Source: the human T2T-CHM13v2.0 reference genome, Homo sapiens. From it: 64,000 bases of DNA. The DNA lies in assembly GCF_009914755.1 (NCBI RefSeq), contig NC_060926.1, one strand, 5' to 3'. Below are positions 15,676-29,117 of this stretch, piece by piece. Each line of letters starts with the position of its first letter. Position 1 is the first letter of the stretch. Below the pieces are notes generated by a model. It was not told the origin of the DNA and searched no databases. It saw only the letters and a list, made by a program, of their open reading frames with translations. Both the position numbers and the translations under genes were made by a program.

Positions 15676-18600
15676 AGACCTTTGTCATATGCATTATTTG
15701 CAAATGTTTTCCCTATTCTGTAGGTTGTTTATTTATTCTGTTGATGGTTTCTTTCATTGTGTATGCAGAAGCTCTGTTGTTTAGCTAGATCCCATTCGTC
15801 AGTTTTTGCTTGCAATTGTTTTTGGCATCTTCATCATGAAATCTTTGCTTGTTCCTGTGTCCAGTATGTTATTGCCTAGGTTGTCTTCCAGGATTTTTAT
15901 AGTTTTGGGTTTTACATTTAATTCTTTAATCCATATTGAGTTTATTTTTGTATGTGGTATAAGGAAGGGGTCCAGTTTTGGTATTCTGCATGTGGCTAGC
16001 CAGTTATCCCAGAACCATTTATTGAATAGGGAATCCTTTCCCCATTGCTTGTTTTTGTCAGCTTTGTTGAAGATCATATAATTGTAGGTGTGTGGCCTTT
16101 CTCATAAGCGCTCTCTATTCTGTTCCGTTGGTCTAGGTGTCGGTTCTTGTACCAGTACCATGCTGTTTGGGTTACTGTAGCCCTATAGTAGAGTTTGAAG
16201 TCAGGTAACGTGATGCCTCCAGGTTTTTTTTTTTTTTTTTGCTTAGGATAACGTTAGCTATTCAGGCTCTTTTTTGGTTCCATATTAATTTTAAAGTAGT
16301 TTTTTTCTAGTTCTGTGAAGAATGTCATTGGTAGTTTAATAGGAATAGCATTGAATCTATAAATTGCTCTGGGCAGTATGGTCTTTTTATTAATATAGAT
16401 TCTTCCTATCCATGAGCATGGTATGTTTTTCCATTTGTTTGTGTCATCTCTGATTTCTTTGAACAGTGTTTTTTAATTCTCTCTGTAGAGATCTTTCACT
16501 TTCCTGGTTAACTGTATTCCTAGGTATTTTATTCTTTTTGTGGCAATTGTGAATGGGATTGCATTCCTGATTTGGCTTGCAGCTTGGTTGTTGTTGGTGT
16601 ATAGGAATACTAGTGATTTTACACATTGCTTTTGTATCCTGAGATTGCTGAAGTTGTTTATCAGCTTAAGGAGCTTTTGGTCAGAGACTATGGGGTTTTC
16701 TCAATATAGAATCATGTCATCTGCAAAGAGTGACTTCCTCTTTTCCTATTTGGATACCTTTATTTCTTTCTGTTGCCTGATTGCCCCTGCCAGGACTTTC
16801 AATACAAATGTTGAATAGCAGTGGTGAGAGAGAGCATCCTTGTCTTGTGCCAGTTTTCAAGGGGAATGTTTCCAGCTTTTGCCTGTAAAGTATGATGCTG
16901 ACTGTGGGTTTGTCATAGATTGCTCTTATTACTTTGAGGTATGTTCCTTCAACACCTAGTTTGTTGATAATTTTTAATGAAAGCGGTGTTGAATTTTATC
17001 CGAAGACTTTTCTGCATTTGTGGTTTTGTCTTTAGTTCTATTTATGTGATAAAGCATATATATTGATTTGCGTATGTTGAACCAACCTTGCATTCTCTCA
17101 AGTAGGGATAAGGCCAACTTGATTGTAGTGGATAAACTTTTTGATGTGCTGCTGGATTCAATCTGTCAGTATGTTGTTGAGGGATTTTTGCATTGATGTT
17201 CATCAAGGATATTGGCTTGATGTTTTCTTTTTCTGTTGTGTCTTCCAGGTTTCAGCATCAGGATGATGCTGGCCTCATATAATGAGTTAGGGAGGAGTCC
17301 CTCCTTCTCAAATTTTGGAATAGTTTCAGTAGGAAAGGTACCAGCTCTTCTTTGTACATCTGATAGTATTCAGCTGTAAATCCATCTGGTCCTGGGCTTT
17401 TTTAGTTGGTAGGCTATTTATTACTGATTCCATTTCAGAGCTTGTTATTGGTCTGTTAATGGATTCACTTTTTCCTGGCTCAGTCTTGGGAGGGTGTATG
17501 TGCTCAGGAATTTGTCAATTTCTTCTAGATTTTCTAGTTTGTGTGCATAGTGGTGTTCATAATATTCTCTGATGGTTATTTGTATTTCTGTGGGGTCAGT
17601 GGTATTATCTCCTTTGTCATTTCTAACTGTGTTTATTTTGATCTTCTCTCTTTTCTCCTTTGTTGTCTAGCTAGTGGTTTATCATTTTATTTCATTTTTT
17701 CAAAAAGCCAACTTCTGGATTCACTGATATTTTTAATGTTTCTTCCTGTCTCAACCTCTTTCAGTTCAGCTCTGATTTTGGTTATTTCTTGTCTTCTGCT
17801 AGCTTTGGGGTTGGTTTTCTCTTGGTTCTCTAGTTCTTTTAGTTGTGATGTTATGTTGTTAAATTGAGATCTTTCTAACTCTTTGATGTAGGCATTTGGT
17901 GCTATAAGTTTTCCTCTTAACACTGCCTTAGCTGTGTCCCAGAGATTCTAGTATGCTGTATCTTTGTTCTTACTACTTTCAAAATAACTTCTTGATTTCT
18001 GCCTTAATTTCATTATGTATCCAAAAGTTATTCAGGAGCAGGATACTCAATTTTCATATAGTTGTATGATTTTGAGCAAATTTCTTAGTCTTGATTTCTA
18101 ATTTGATTGTGCTGTGGTCTGAGAGAGTGCTTGTTATGATTTCAGTTCTTTTGCATTTGCTGAGCAGTGTTTTGTGTTTATGTGATTGATTTTACAGTAT
18201 GTGCCATGTGGCAATGGGAAGAATGTATCTTCTGTTGTTTTTAGGTGGAGAGTTCTATAGATGTCTAGCAGGTCCATTTGATCCAGTGCTGAGTTCAGGT
18301 CCTGAATATCTTTGTTAATTTTTTATCTTGATGATTTATCTAGTACTGTCAGTGGAGTGTTGAAGTATCCCACTATTATTGTGTGGGACTCTAAGTCTTT
18401 TTGAAGGTCTCAAAAAACTTGCTTTATGAATCTGGGTGCTCCTGTGTTGGTTGTATACATACTTAGGATAGTTAGGTCTTCTTGTACAATCTGACCCTTT
18501 ACCATTATGTAATGCCCTTCTTTGTCTTTTTTGATATTTGTTTGTTTAAAGTCTGTTTTGTGTGAAGTTATGATTGCAACACTTGCTTTTTTTCTGTTTT

Positions 18601-21540
18601 CTATTTGCTTAGATTTTTCTTCTTTCCTTAATTTTGAACTTATATGTGTCATTGCACGTGAGGTGTGTCTCTTAAAGACAGCATACCAATGGGTCTTAGT
18701 TCTTTATCTACCTTGCCACTTTGCACTTTTTAATTAAGGCATTTAGCCCACTTATATTCAAGGTGAGTATTGATATGTGTAGATTTGGTCCTGGCATCAT
18801 GTTAGCTGGTTATTTTGCAGACTTATTTATGTGTTTGCTTTACAGTGTCATTGGTCTGTGTACTTAAGTGTGTTTTTGTAGTAACTGGTAATGACCTTTC
18901 CTTTCCACATTTAGTGCTTCTTTCAGGAGACCTTGTAAGGCAGGTCTAATGGTAATGAATTCTCTCAGCATTTGCTTGTCTGAAAAGGATCTTATTTCTC
19001 CTTTGAATATAAAGCTTAGTTTGGCTAGATATGAAATTCTGTGTTGGAATTTGTTTTCTTTAAGAATGTTGACTATAGGCTCCCAATTTCTTCTGGCTTA
19101 TAAGGTTTCAGCTGGGAGGTCTGCTGTTGGTCTGATGATTCCCTTTGTAGGTGACCTTACCTTTCTCTCTAGCTGCCTTTAACATTTTTTCTTGCATTTT
19201 GACCTCGAAGAATCTGATGATAATGTGTCTTGAGGATGATCTTGTGAAGTATCTTACATGGGTTCTCTGCATTTCCTGAATTTGAATATTGACCTCTCTA
19301 GCTAGGCTGGGGAAGTGCTCATGGATGATATCCTGAAATATGTTTTCCAAGTTGCTTATACTCTCCCCATTTCTTTCAGGGATACCAATGAGTCATAGAT
19401 TTGGTCTCTTTACATAATCCCATATTTCTCAGAGATTTTGTTCATTCCTTTGTATTCTCTTTTCTCTATTCTTGTCTGACTGCTCATTTCAGAAAGCCAG
19501 TCTTCAAGCTCTGAGACTTTTTCTTCCACTTAGTCTATTCTGCTATTAATACTTGTGACTCCATTATGAAATCACTTAGTGTGTTTTTCAGCTCTGTCAG
19601 GTTGGTTATGTTCTTTTCTATACTGGCTATTTTGTCTGTCAGCTCCTGCATTAGTTTATTGTGATCCTTAGCTTCCTTGGATTGGGTTTCAATGTACTCC
19701 TGCATCTCAATGATCTTTGTTCCTATTCATATTCTGAATCATATTTCTGTCATTTCACCCATCTTAGCCTGGTTCAGAACCCTTGCTGGTGATGTGGTGT
19801 GGTCATTTGGAGGAAAGGAGGCACTCTGGATTTTTGAGTTGTCAGGGTTTTTGCATTGCATTGGTTCCCTCTCATCTTTGTGGGCTGACATTCCCTCAGT
19901 TTTTGAAGTTGCTGACCTTTGAATGGGGTTTTTTCTTCTTTTATCTTATTTGATGACCTTGTGAGTTTGATTATGGTGTAAGGTAAATTCAGCTGACTGG
20001 CTTAATTTCTGGAAGATTTTAGGGGGCCAGTGCTCAGCTCCCAACCTCTAAACTGTGTGCTCTAAATCTGGGGGACTTGTATCAGGCTCCTGAGTGTTCT
20101 TACTGGAAACACTCAGGCTCCAGGCTCCTGAGTGTTCTTACTGGAAACACTCAGGCTCCAACTTTGTTCTTTGGCTCCTCGAGGTTAGGAATCCACTGTG
20201 GTGGGGGTGCTGAGGTGGTCCCAGACCACTGGTCATTACACTCTAATAAGTAGTGTCATCCAGAGTTTCATAGTGTGGTGACAGTGGGATCTGTCCTAGG
20301 TCACATGTGCCAGCAGCAGCTGCAGTGGCAGTGAGGTGGGGTGCACCCTCCTCAGCTGCAGCAGGGTGCTAGTGGGTGCCAGGGTGCCTGCCTCTGTGCG
20401 GGTGTTCACCACAGTAGTGGAGGCAACATAACTCAAGGGGACCAGGGGCTCCTGCTGGCAACTGTGTACACAGTTGTGCTGATGGTGGTGTTGGCACGGG
20501 GTGGAGCACTGGCAGGCATAGGTCTGTGTGTGTTCTCTGCACCACAGGCAGGGGTGGTCGCTCAGGGCAGGGAAGGGTTTGCTGTTTTCTGTACCTAGTT
20601 TCACTCTCGCAGCAGTGTTGGTGCAAGAGCAGGGCACTGGTGGGGTTGGGGCTTGCTGGCTCTGTGCCTGTCAGGGCTCTAACTGCAACGGCAGTCAGTG
20701 TGGGGAAGTGGGATGGGCTGCACTCTCACTGTAGCAGGGGCAGGGCAGGGCAGGGTGTATGCACACGTGGCACTGGTGGGGTAAGGAAGACAACACGTGC
20801 CTGTGCACACACGTCCAGCAAAATAATGTGGGTGGTTGCTGTGGGCACAGGGGAAGCTGCTGTGTGGGGAGTGGTTGAGCTGATGCATGGCCATGGGGGC
20901 CACCCTGCTGGAGCACTCCACTGGTCAGGCATGGTTGCCAGTACAGGAGCTATGATGTGGGTTCTCAGGGCACCTGAGGCTGCCTTGCAAGCAGGCTGGG
21001 CCAGGCTGGGGCCTCAGGAGAGGCCAGGAGAACAAGGAGTGCCCAAATCAGACCAGGCTGGTCTGATGGGTAAGACCAATCTGCAAAGTTCAGGTCCGAC
21101 AGTTCTCCTAGGGCTAAAGTCTCCTATGGGAGCTACTTGAACCTAGGGGGATGGCCGTCTCTGGCTGTGCTTTGCTACAGATGCACTGGCACCAAACCAT
21201 CTGAGTTCCACCTCATTGCTGCCCCTACCACTTCTGTAAGCAGCTCTCCCTGCCAACTCAGGTGGCGGTCGAGGGGTCTCCTCCTGCAGTGATTCCAGAG
21301 CCCTGTGGTGAGAGCCATTTGCTCCTTGCCAGGAGTTATTGGGAGCCACGAATAAGTCCTGGTGTGCAGTAGCCCTGTGCAGGGTTCCCAGCTTCCTCTC
21401 CCTTCAGCCCAGCTTCTGTGTCTTCCCTCTGTCCATCCTCAGGGCCTTCCCTCTGAAGATCTGTTAGGAGTTGTCTTGGTCCCTCTGTGGCAGCTGTTCC
21501 AGTTGGCTGCATCTAGTCAGCCAACTTGCGCTCTCTCTGA
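15676..21540 (-). mobile_element. Older primate LINE-1 (about L1PA11-15 age), 5' end present, 3' end missing
   Basis: Continuous decayed ORF2 ([42 protein letters not shown]) and ORF1 (ENIFQDIIHEHFP) homology, long GC-rich 5'UTR ending CATCTAGTCAGCCAACTTG; no 3'UTR, poly(A) or TSD at the left end. Confidence 0.9.
20083..20158. repeat. Perfect 2 x 38-bp tandem duplication, each unit with a 10-bp inverted repeat
   Basis: CAGGCTCCTGAGTGTTCTTACTGGAAACACTCAGGCTC at 20083-20120 and 20121-20158. Confidence 0.97.
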
Positions 21541-21619
21541 ATCCATGCTTTCTATGGAAAGATTTTCCTAGCCAAACCCATCTTTGGCGTAATTTCACTT
21601 ATATATTTATTTTTATGTA

Positions 21620-21892
21620 ACCTTTAAAAAAAGTGCATTAGAAGTTATCTATAAATCACCTATAATAAAATGCACAGATCTTAAAGGTCCATTTGATGAA
21701 TATTGACAGTCACAGTTTCACGTGTAACCACCACACAAAACAATATACAAGACATTTCTATCATTCAGAAACTTCCATCCTTCCACTTTCCTGTCAACTG
21801 CCACCCCCCACTCACATATAACTGCTTTCTAACAACTATAACTAAAGATTAGTAGTGCCTGTTCTCAGACTTCATGTAAATGGAAACATAGA

Positions 21893-21966
<74 letters not shown>

Positions 21967-22080
21967 TTCTCTCTTCTTTGTATCAGTATGATAATTTTGA
22001 GGTTCATTCATGATGTTTTGTGTAACAGTATATTGTGCCTTTTTATTGTTGTGTAGTATTCCATTGCACAGATTTGCTTG
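21620..22080 (-). mobile_element. Ancient L1M (L1MC/ME) 3' fragment
   Basis: AAAATGCACAGATCTTAA, GTAACCACCAC, TTCATGTAAATGGAA and TGTAGTATTCCATTG motifs typical of old L1 3' regions. Confidence 0.7.
21896..21966. repeat. Compound (TA)~22(TG)~13 microsatellite
   Basis: Uninterrupted alternating purine-pyrimidine tract of ~71 bp seen directly. Confidence 0.97.
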
Positions 22081-23269
22081 CATTTTAAAGGGGCTTTGCA
22101 GGAAGAAGAGCCTTTTCTCAAAATATGAATTAGAATATAATGACTGAAAGAGAAGTGTAGAACTAAAGGGCATAATGATCTGTGTTGAGTACTCACTGTG
22201 GATTTCCTGTCATATCTCTCTCCTTATTTAGGGACTCATCATTAATAGTGTCAGTGGATTTCTTCTTTCTTCTGTGTGTCAACAGCAGACCTACACTTGA
22301 TAGCATTTTGGCCACTAACCTTGCTTGACCTTGCACTAACCCTCTTGCTATCAATTTCAGACTCCCACATCTGGGGCCAGACCCACACAACTGTTCCTAT
22401 CACTGCTACTCCAGCTCCTCAGACATTCCATCAGCCAAGGAGCTCCTTTGCCCAATTCCCTCTAAGAACTGCAAGATGCAGCAGCAGTCCCACATCCTCG
22501 GCTGCATGTATCTGGCATGCAGGTGTTAGTTTTTATAGTGCACCAGGTAGGAGAGATGCCACTGGAGTAGGCGAGGTTCCCAGGCCCCTTTTTTTGGGGA
22601 TTGTTCTTTTCGTGTCCTCACACATACTGATTTGAATGTCAAGACAGACAGAGCTGGGTAGCTGAGGACAGAGGGGAAGGAAAACTGCTCATCTTGGGGC
22701 TTGTCTTTGAGAGGCAACTGAACAATTTTTGATCAATTACTGAATAGCACAAGCCTGGATTCTCCAGAGAGGTGATTATGACATGAAATAAGCACACTCT
22801 ACAGGTGTTTCTGGGATGCATAACTCCAAATATACAGTTTTAAAGAAATGATAAAATAAATGATTTTCCCAGAGAAACTGAAATTGCATTCTGAAGGGTG
22901 ACTTGGCATGATGTTCAGTTAGCTGATATATGGCCTCTTGCAGGTATTCCTTTGCATCCCTAGTGCAGTGAAGAAAGCCATTACTACCAGGGAGAAGCAT
23001 GGGAGTAGTCAGTGGCACATGGCTGTCACCACTTGTCTTACACTGTTGTTAATTTGTTTAACAATTCTGCTTAGCCACTTATTCACACAGTATTCTTTAG
23101 CAGCAAGGAGAAAAGTATCAGGGCAACCAAGCCATGGCTTGGAGCCGTGACGTGTGTAAATGGAAGGGTTAGTTTTATCTGACTGTTCTTTTCTTCCCTG
23201 TCATTCTTTCTCCTCTCTTGAAACTCAGGCTCTCAATGGGTGAATATCATATGGCATATTTACATAATG

Positions 23270-23680
23270 GAATAATATGTGATGGTGAAAAATGTGTAAA
23301 CTAGAGTAACATGTATCAAAATGGATATATCTTTAAAAGTACAGAGTAAAACAAAAACTAAATTACATATGTATGATATGATGCCATTCATGCAAAATTT
23401 TAAAATATGCAAAATGATTCTGTACATTGTCTAGGGATAGTTACATATATGTAAAGCTATAAAAATATGCTTCAGATTAATATCCTCCAAATTCAGAATC
23501 AGGGTTTCCTTTGGTTGGCGGGTTGGAGAGAGATGCACTTGGAAGGAGTACACAACTATGCTTGTAATGTTTAATTTTCTACACTAGGCCATGACCCAAA
23601 TGTATTTGGTATATTGTTATTCAGATATTTTTATATATTCAAAAATATTTTACAATACATGAATAAAAATTAATAAAATA
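23270..23680 (+). mobile_element. Ancient L1M 3' fragment
   Basis: ACATGTATCAAAATGGATATATCTT, GTATGATATGATGCCATT and AT-rich tail; family uncertain. Confidence 0.5.
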
Positions 23681-25480
23681 AGATCATTGTTGGTTTATAT
23701 TGTCTAAATCATTAAACTTCCAAAGGTTTAATATTCATTCATTTTCACCAGCTGCCAAACTCAAGATTTTGGCAAAAAATGAGATTGGTGTGGAAGTGGG
23801 TGTTCTCCGTGTTCTCTGATTTTACAACTTTTAAATGTCAATGAATTGTTATTAGAAGGTAGTTTGACACTCTGAGACAGATACATGGTATTATGTCCAC
23901 TTAATTAATGATATAGGACACAGGATTTTAGATAAATGCTGGTGTAACCCCTTTTCTCATAGAATTCTGTAATTCCTGTATTCATTTATGAAATATTTAT
24001 TGAGGCTGCTATGTCTATTGCTGTGGAGTAGGTATCAGGACAGGTGCAGGTAGAAAAAATGTCACTTTACAAAATGTAGAATACAAAATGAGAAGTAGAG
24101 AAAAAACCATGATGAATTCTAGCCAGCTTGCAAAAAGGAAATGCAGCAAAGTACAATGGACATAAATCCGTTAGGAGCATCTGTACCAGATTGGATAAAT
24201 GGGGTTTGCTGAGTCATTTCACTTTGTCTGAGTCTGGTATGGGATGCTGCAAGCTGGACATGGGTCAGGGCCTTCTGGAGCTGAGATCAAACCTCTCAGA
24301 CCTCAGTCCAGGGCTTGCATTCCTTTCTGGATTCTCAAGATCCTGTAGCTCAGATCCTGTGAGAAGAGCCCTTGTCTAATGAAACCTATGAAATCCATTC
24401 TGGGGACCATGCTGGCCTGGTCTAGAGATGTGGGCAATGCTGACATCCAGCACGCTTGAGGATGCAAGGAGCACCCTACGAGAATAGAGATGCAAAGGCA
24501 GAGGAAGAGAAATGATGCAATTTCCTTTTCAGCTAGGGAGAAGGATAGCAGAAATGAACAAGATCTGTGAGGAAATTTATATTAGGGGATAAACAAATGA
24601 GTTCTGTGCCTGCCTCTTTAAGTCTCTTCAATGCCATGTTCATTTCTCTTTTTTGATTACCAGGTAGTGCTGTCCTCAGTCTCTTGGGGCATACTTCTTT
24701 CCCGATCTGGCACAAATGACCCCTCAGGGCTTAAAGACTTGAGAATGACAGATGATCAAGGTATGCATCTCTTAATCAAGCTGCTGTATTTGCCCATATA
24801 AAGAACTGTTTAAGAAACACATCTAGCAGATCTCTGCCTCCAATGCTCACATATTATTTAACTCCAACTTTTACTTTTGAAAAATCTAAAGAAAATCTTA
24901 TTCAGGCTGCGACCAAAGGAGAGGGAAAGCTAAAAATGTCCTATGCAGGGGAAGGACTTTTTTTTTTTAATTTTAAATTCAGTTGGTGATTTTATTAGCT
25001 GCTGGTCTGACCTTCCAGCTAACTTCAGGATTGTTTAGGTTAAGATTGAAAATGTAAATTTGCATGGCAAGAGTGCTTTTCCAAAGGATGCTGTTTAGAT
25101 AGCTCTTCAAATTGTTGGATGATAATGACTATTGTCCCTTACCTTTCAAAGCTGAAGGAAGGTCTGCAGCCTGTTTACCTGCCCAGCTTATCTAGTGAGA
25201 ACCTACCATGTGTCCAGCCATGGGCTAGGTCCTTTCCATCCAATTAAACCCCTTTGCCAGAATAGCAAAGATCACATTTCAAAAATATTATTCTCACGTA
25301 TTTACAGATATTAGGGAACAATCCAACAAAAAACAAAACCATATTGGTAATGCTATTCTAGAAAATTCAACTTGTTTTACTCTTCCTGGCATTTTCCTTC
25401 AGGAAAAGTAGTTTGATAGTGAAGATAGTGAGATGATGGGACTTTACAAGGAGATTAGGTCCACAGATTTAAAAAAAAAA

Positions 25481-25600
25481 GGGCCAGATGTGCAGGTCCA
25501 TGTCTGTAGTCCCAGCTACTCAGGAAATCACTTCCTGATAGTGGGAGGATTGCTTGAGCCCAGGAGTTTATATCAGCCTGGGCAATGTAAAAAGCCTTAC
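25481..25600 (+). mobile_element. Alu monomer (FLAM/FAM-like), diverged
   Basis: GTCTGTAGTCCCAGCTACTCAGGA ... GGGAGGATTGCTTGAGCCCAGGAGTT ... CAGCCTGGGCAA. Confidence 0.8.
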
Positions 25601-26109
25601 CTAGTAAATCTCCAAGCAAGTGCCTCTAGAAGTATTCTGGGTGCAACAGTTGCCCTCTATGGGACTTCTGTCTTAGGCATTACACTGTCAGATTGATCCC
25701 CATCTCTGAAAGCCACTGTTGGGTCCCTGCTGCAGTCTGAACTCCTGGGAAATGTAGCATAGCTATTCCTCTTCAACCAAAGATTGGGAGCACTCACTTA
25801 AAGGTAGGTTTATGGAATGAGAGGAAGTAGGTATTTGACCATTACTTGCCATTCTTCCCGCTTGGAACATTTGGGCCTTTCTTGAGCTGTTCGAAGTGAT
25901 GAGATGACATAATAAGCCAGATTTCTACCTTACTGTGTGTTGTGCATAATATGCTTTACTGCGTACTTCAAATTCACTAATATATGCACTGAACTAGTCA
26001 TCCAATGTACATTAATTATCTACTGAGACCAAGACCAGAGTGATCTGCTCAATCAAAAACCATTCATATTTTTGAAAAATAAAATTTACTGCTTTTATAC
26101 AATTTATAA

Positions 26110-26350
26110 TTGTTCTCCTTTTTTTGGGCACTTGGTATGTGTCAAGCCCTGACATGGTGTTTTTTTCATACGTTACTGTTAACCATGGCAACAATACAGA
26201 GAGGTTGGTATTAGCATACCTATTTCATAGATGAAGAAACTGGGGCTGAGAAATATTACGCGACTTGCTCAGACTTGTATAGACAGCCAGTGGCAGCATT
26301 AGGGTAAAAACCCATTTCTTATCATATCTTGGAGTCTGTTCTCTTTCCAT
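26110..26350 (-). mobile_element. MIR SINE
   Basis: CCTATTTCATAGATGAAGAAACTGGGGCTGAGA core. Confidence 0.75.
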
Positions 26351-27284
26351 TGAACCAAACTTCCTTCCTGTTCAAACCATCAACGTGGTCAGTCCAGACC
26401 TGGTTAGATCCCTGCAGCTGCTGAATCCACATGCCTCGTTTAGAGCAACCAGAACAGAGATGTGTTTCATTGGCTTGAGTGAGGAAAAATGCATTACAAT
26501 AGATGTGCTTTATGTAAAGTGGCCTCCTTTAAAAGGGATTTGCCTTTTCTATACAGTGTAAGACATTAGAAGGGTTTTGCCAAAGTAATATGCTTTCCAG
26601 TATGAATCCTTTTCAGGGAACTTTTGGTTGTTTCTCTCATCATTACACGGGGTATCAAGCTGAAAGCTTTGCTATCCTGGCTACTGAATCCTCAGTCACA
26701 GTAAAGTTTTAATTTTAGATTTTACTAGCATTGAAAATGTGGCAATAAGACACATAAACAGGACATCTAATCCATGAAGTCTTTTCAGGGGCAGGAAAAT
26801 TGCTTCTCTGTGGTACAAGGGAGATTTTCTATCTGCCACTTGGAAAACTTGTATGAAATAAACCCCAATTTGGGATGTTTTTGGAGGGCAAAGGGTGATG
26901 TCCCCTATCTGATTGGACTTAGTGGTACATTTTAACCTGTGATTTATGCAACTTGACATTGAGGTTCATTTAGCTCAAATTACAAGTAAAGTAATTCAAT
27001 CCCTAATGAAGTGTACCCTGCATGACATATTGACCATGGGAGCTGACAATCATTGCTTTAAAACAGACATAGGTTCCATTTTCTTTTGTCATTCAAAGTA
27101 GGTTATCAGTTAATAAACTTAAAACAGGGCCTGCTGACCTGCCATTCTTCCAGAAGTATTTTATTAGAGCATCAGAAAAGCACATACCAAAATTTACATT
27201 GTAATGGAAAAAAGAGTAAAAAACTGCATGAACTCACTGTTGTTCAGAGGAATAGCTTTTCCATGCATTTATACAAGTTCCTTC

Positions 27285-27692
27285 CAACTTTTTATTTTGG
27301 AAATCTTCAAACCTATAGAAAAGCAGAAAACATAGTAACATGAACAGCTGTGTACTCTTCGCTTGGATTAATCAGTTGTTAATATTTTGTCACATGTGTG
27401 TACTCTCTCTTTCACGTGTACACACACACAGACACACAATTTTAAAGTAAATTACAGACATCATGACACTTCACTCCTAAATACTTTAGCATGAATCATC
27501 TAAGAATCAGGACATTCTTCTATATTACCAAAATATCATTATCATACACCTAAGAAAATTAACAATTCAACAACATAATCTAATATAAAGTCTGTATTCC
27601 AGTGTCCTCAATAGTCTCCAAAATGTATTTTAAACTTATCTTTTAAAAATGAGAATGCAATAAAAAATTTCACCTTGCATTTGGTTGTTATG
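27285..27692 (-). mobile_element. Ancient L1MC/MD-type 3' fragment
   Basis: TTTTTATTTTGGAAATCTTCAAACCTATAGAAAAG and CAGACATCATGACACTTCACTCCTAAATACTT motifs. Confidence 0.7.
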
Positions 27693-28651
27693 CATTTATA
27701 CATAATTTTGTGGGGAATAAAAATGAAAACAAAGGAGCTTTGAGCCACAGTGATTGAAAGCACAGTGATACAGTGTTGGTTATGTCTTATGCCAAAGTAT
27801 TCTTCAAGGATCTCTCTTATAAAGTATGTAACCCATGATAGTGGTCATTTTTTTTTCCAAAATGTTTCAATCAGTACCCCATTTTACTGTATTTAAATTG
27901 GTAGGCACATGGAATATGCTATTACCTATTCATATTTTTAGAAACCTCAGTCTCATTGAAGAGTTGAGTGTTTTATTCTGTTTCCATATAAACTGTAGGA
28001 TTAGAGTTCCAAATCTAGAGGATTTGTTCCAACTCCACTCAAAAAGAAAAAAAAACATGATCTTTCCTGCATAAAATGTTTTTCAGCATTATGTTTAGAA
28101 TGAATTATGTTTCAAATAATTGAATTTTCTTCTAATTTAGACTTTTCCTTATTCTCCTGAAAGCAAAATGTGTTGTAATTAAAAATGGAAAGAAAAATGA
28201 ATATTCACTAGGGAAAATGTAATTGTTTTATTACTGCCATGGACATTTGGAGATCAAGTTTAAGAAAATGTGGTTGAATTCAGTGTTGCAAGTGCACTTC
28301 TCATCTATAATTACACATGTCTAAGGTCTTGTAAAGTGACTATAATTGCTTTAGAGTTGAATTTAAAGGAAATATTGAGAAACTGCATTTCATGAATTAC
28401 AGTTTGCATGGATCTTATGTACTTTATTTTATGTCTTTGTACTTTCATTAGCAGTGCAAAAGCTATTGCAGAAAATAGAAGAGGGGAACTATGACCTTTT
28501 ATGTTCACTTTGCAGAAGATAGTAACTTGGTTTTTAAAGAAGCAAAACAATATTATCCTCTTCCATAATAAATCATAAAAAGGCTTATGAACAATGCAAT
28601 ATATTTTGAAACAAAAACAAAAATATCTTGTCCATTGGTGATTGCTATTGA

Positions 28652-28959
<308 letters not shown>

Positions 28960-28971
28960 TTATATTTATAG

Positions 28972-29117
28972 TTTTTAGAGACTGCCTCACTCTGTCAACC
29001 AGTCTGGAGTGACATGATAATAGTTCACTGCAGCCTTGCTCTCTTGGGCTTAAGCAATCCTCCTACCTCAGCTTCTAGAGTAGCTGGGACTACAGGTGTA
29101 CCACACTGCACTGGCCA
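28972..29117 (-). mobile_element. Old Alu monomer (FLAM/AluJ fragment)
   Basis: TCACTCTGTCA..CTGGAGTG, GGGCTTAAGCAATCCTCCTACCTCAGC..GTAGCTGGGACTACAGG. Confidence 0.8.

Noticed and set aside
20083-20158. Palindromic direct repeats as a CRISPR-like array
   Set aside because: Only two abutting units with no spacer, in a eukaryotic L1; a tandem duplication.
20526-21140. 204-aa ORF and overlapping ORFs at 20.3-21.5 kb
   Set aside because: Lie in the GC-rich 5'UTR of an old L1 where stops are scarce; no recognisable domain.
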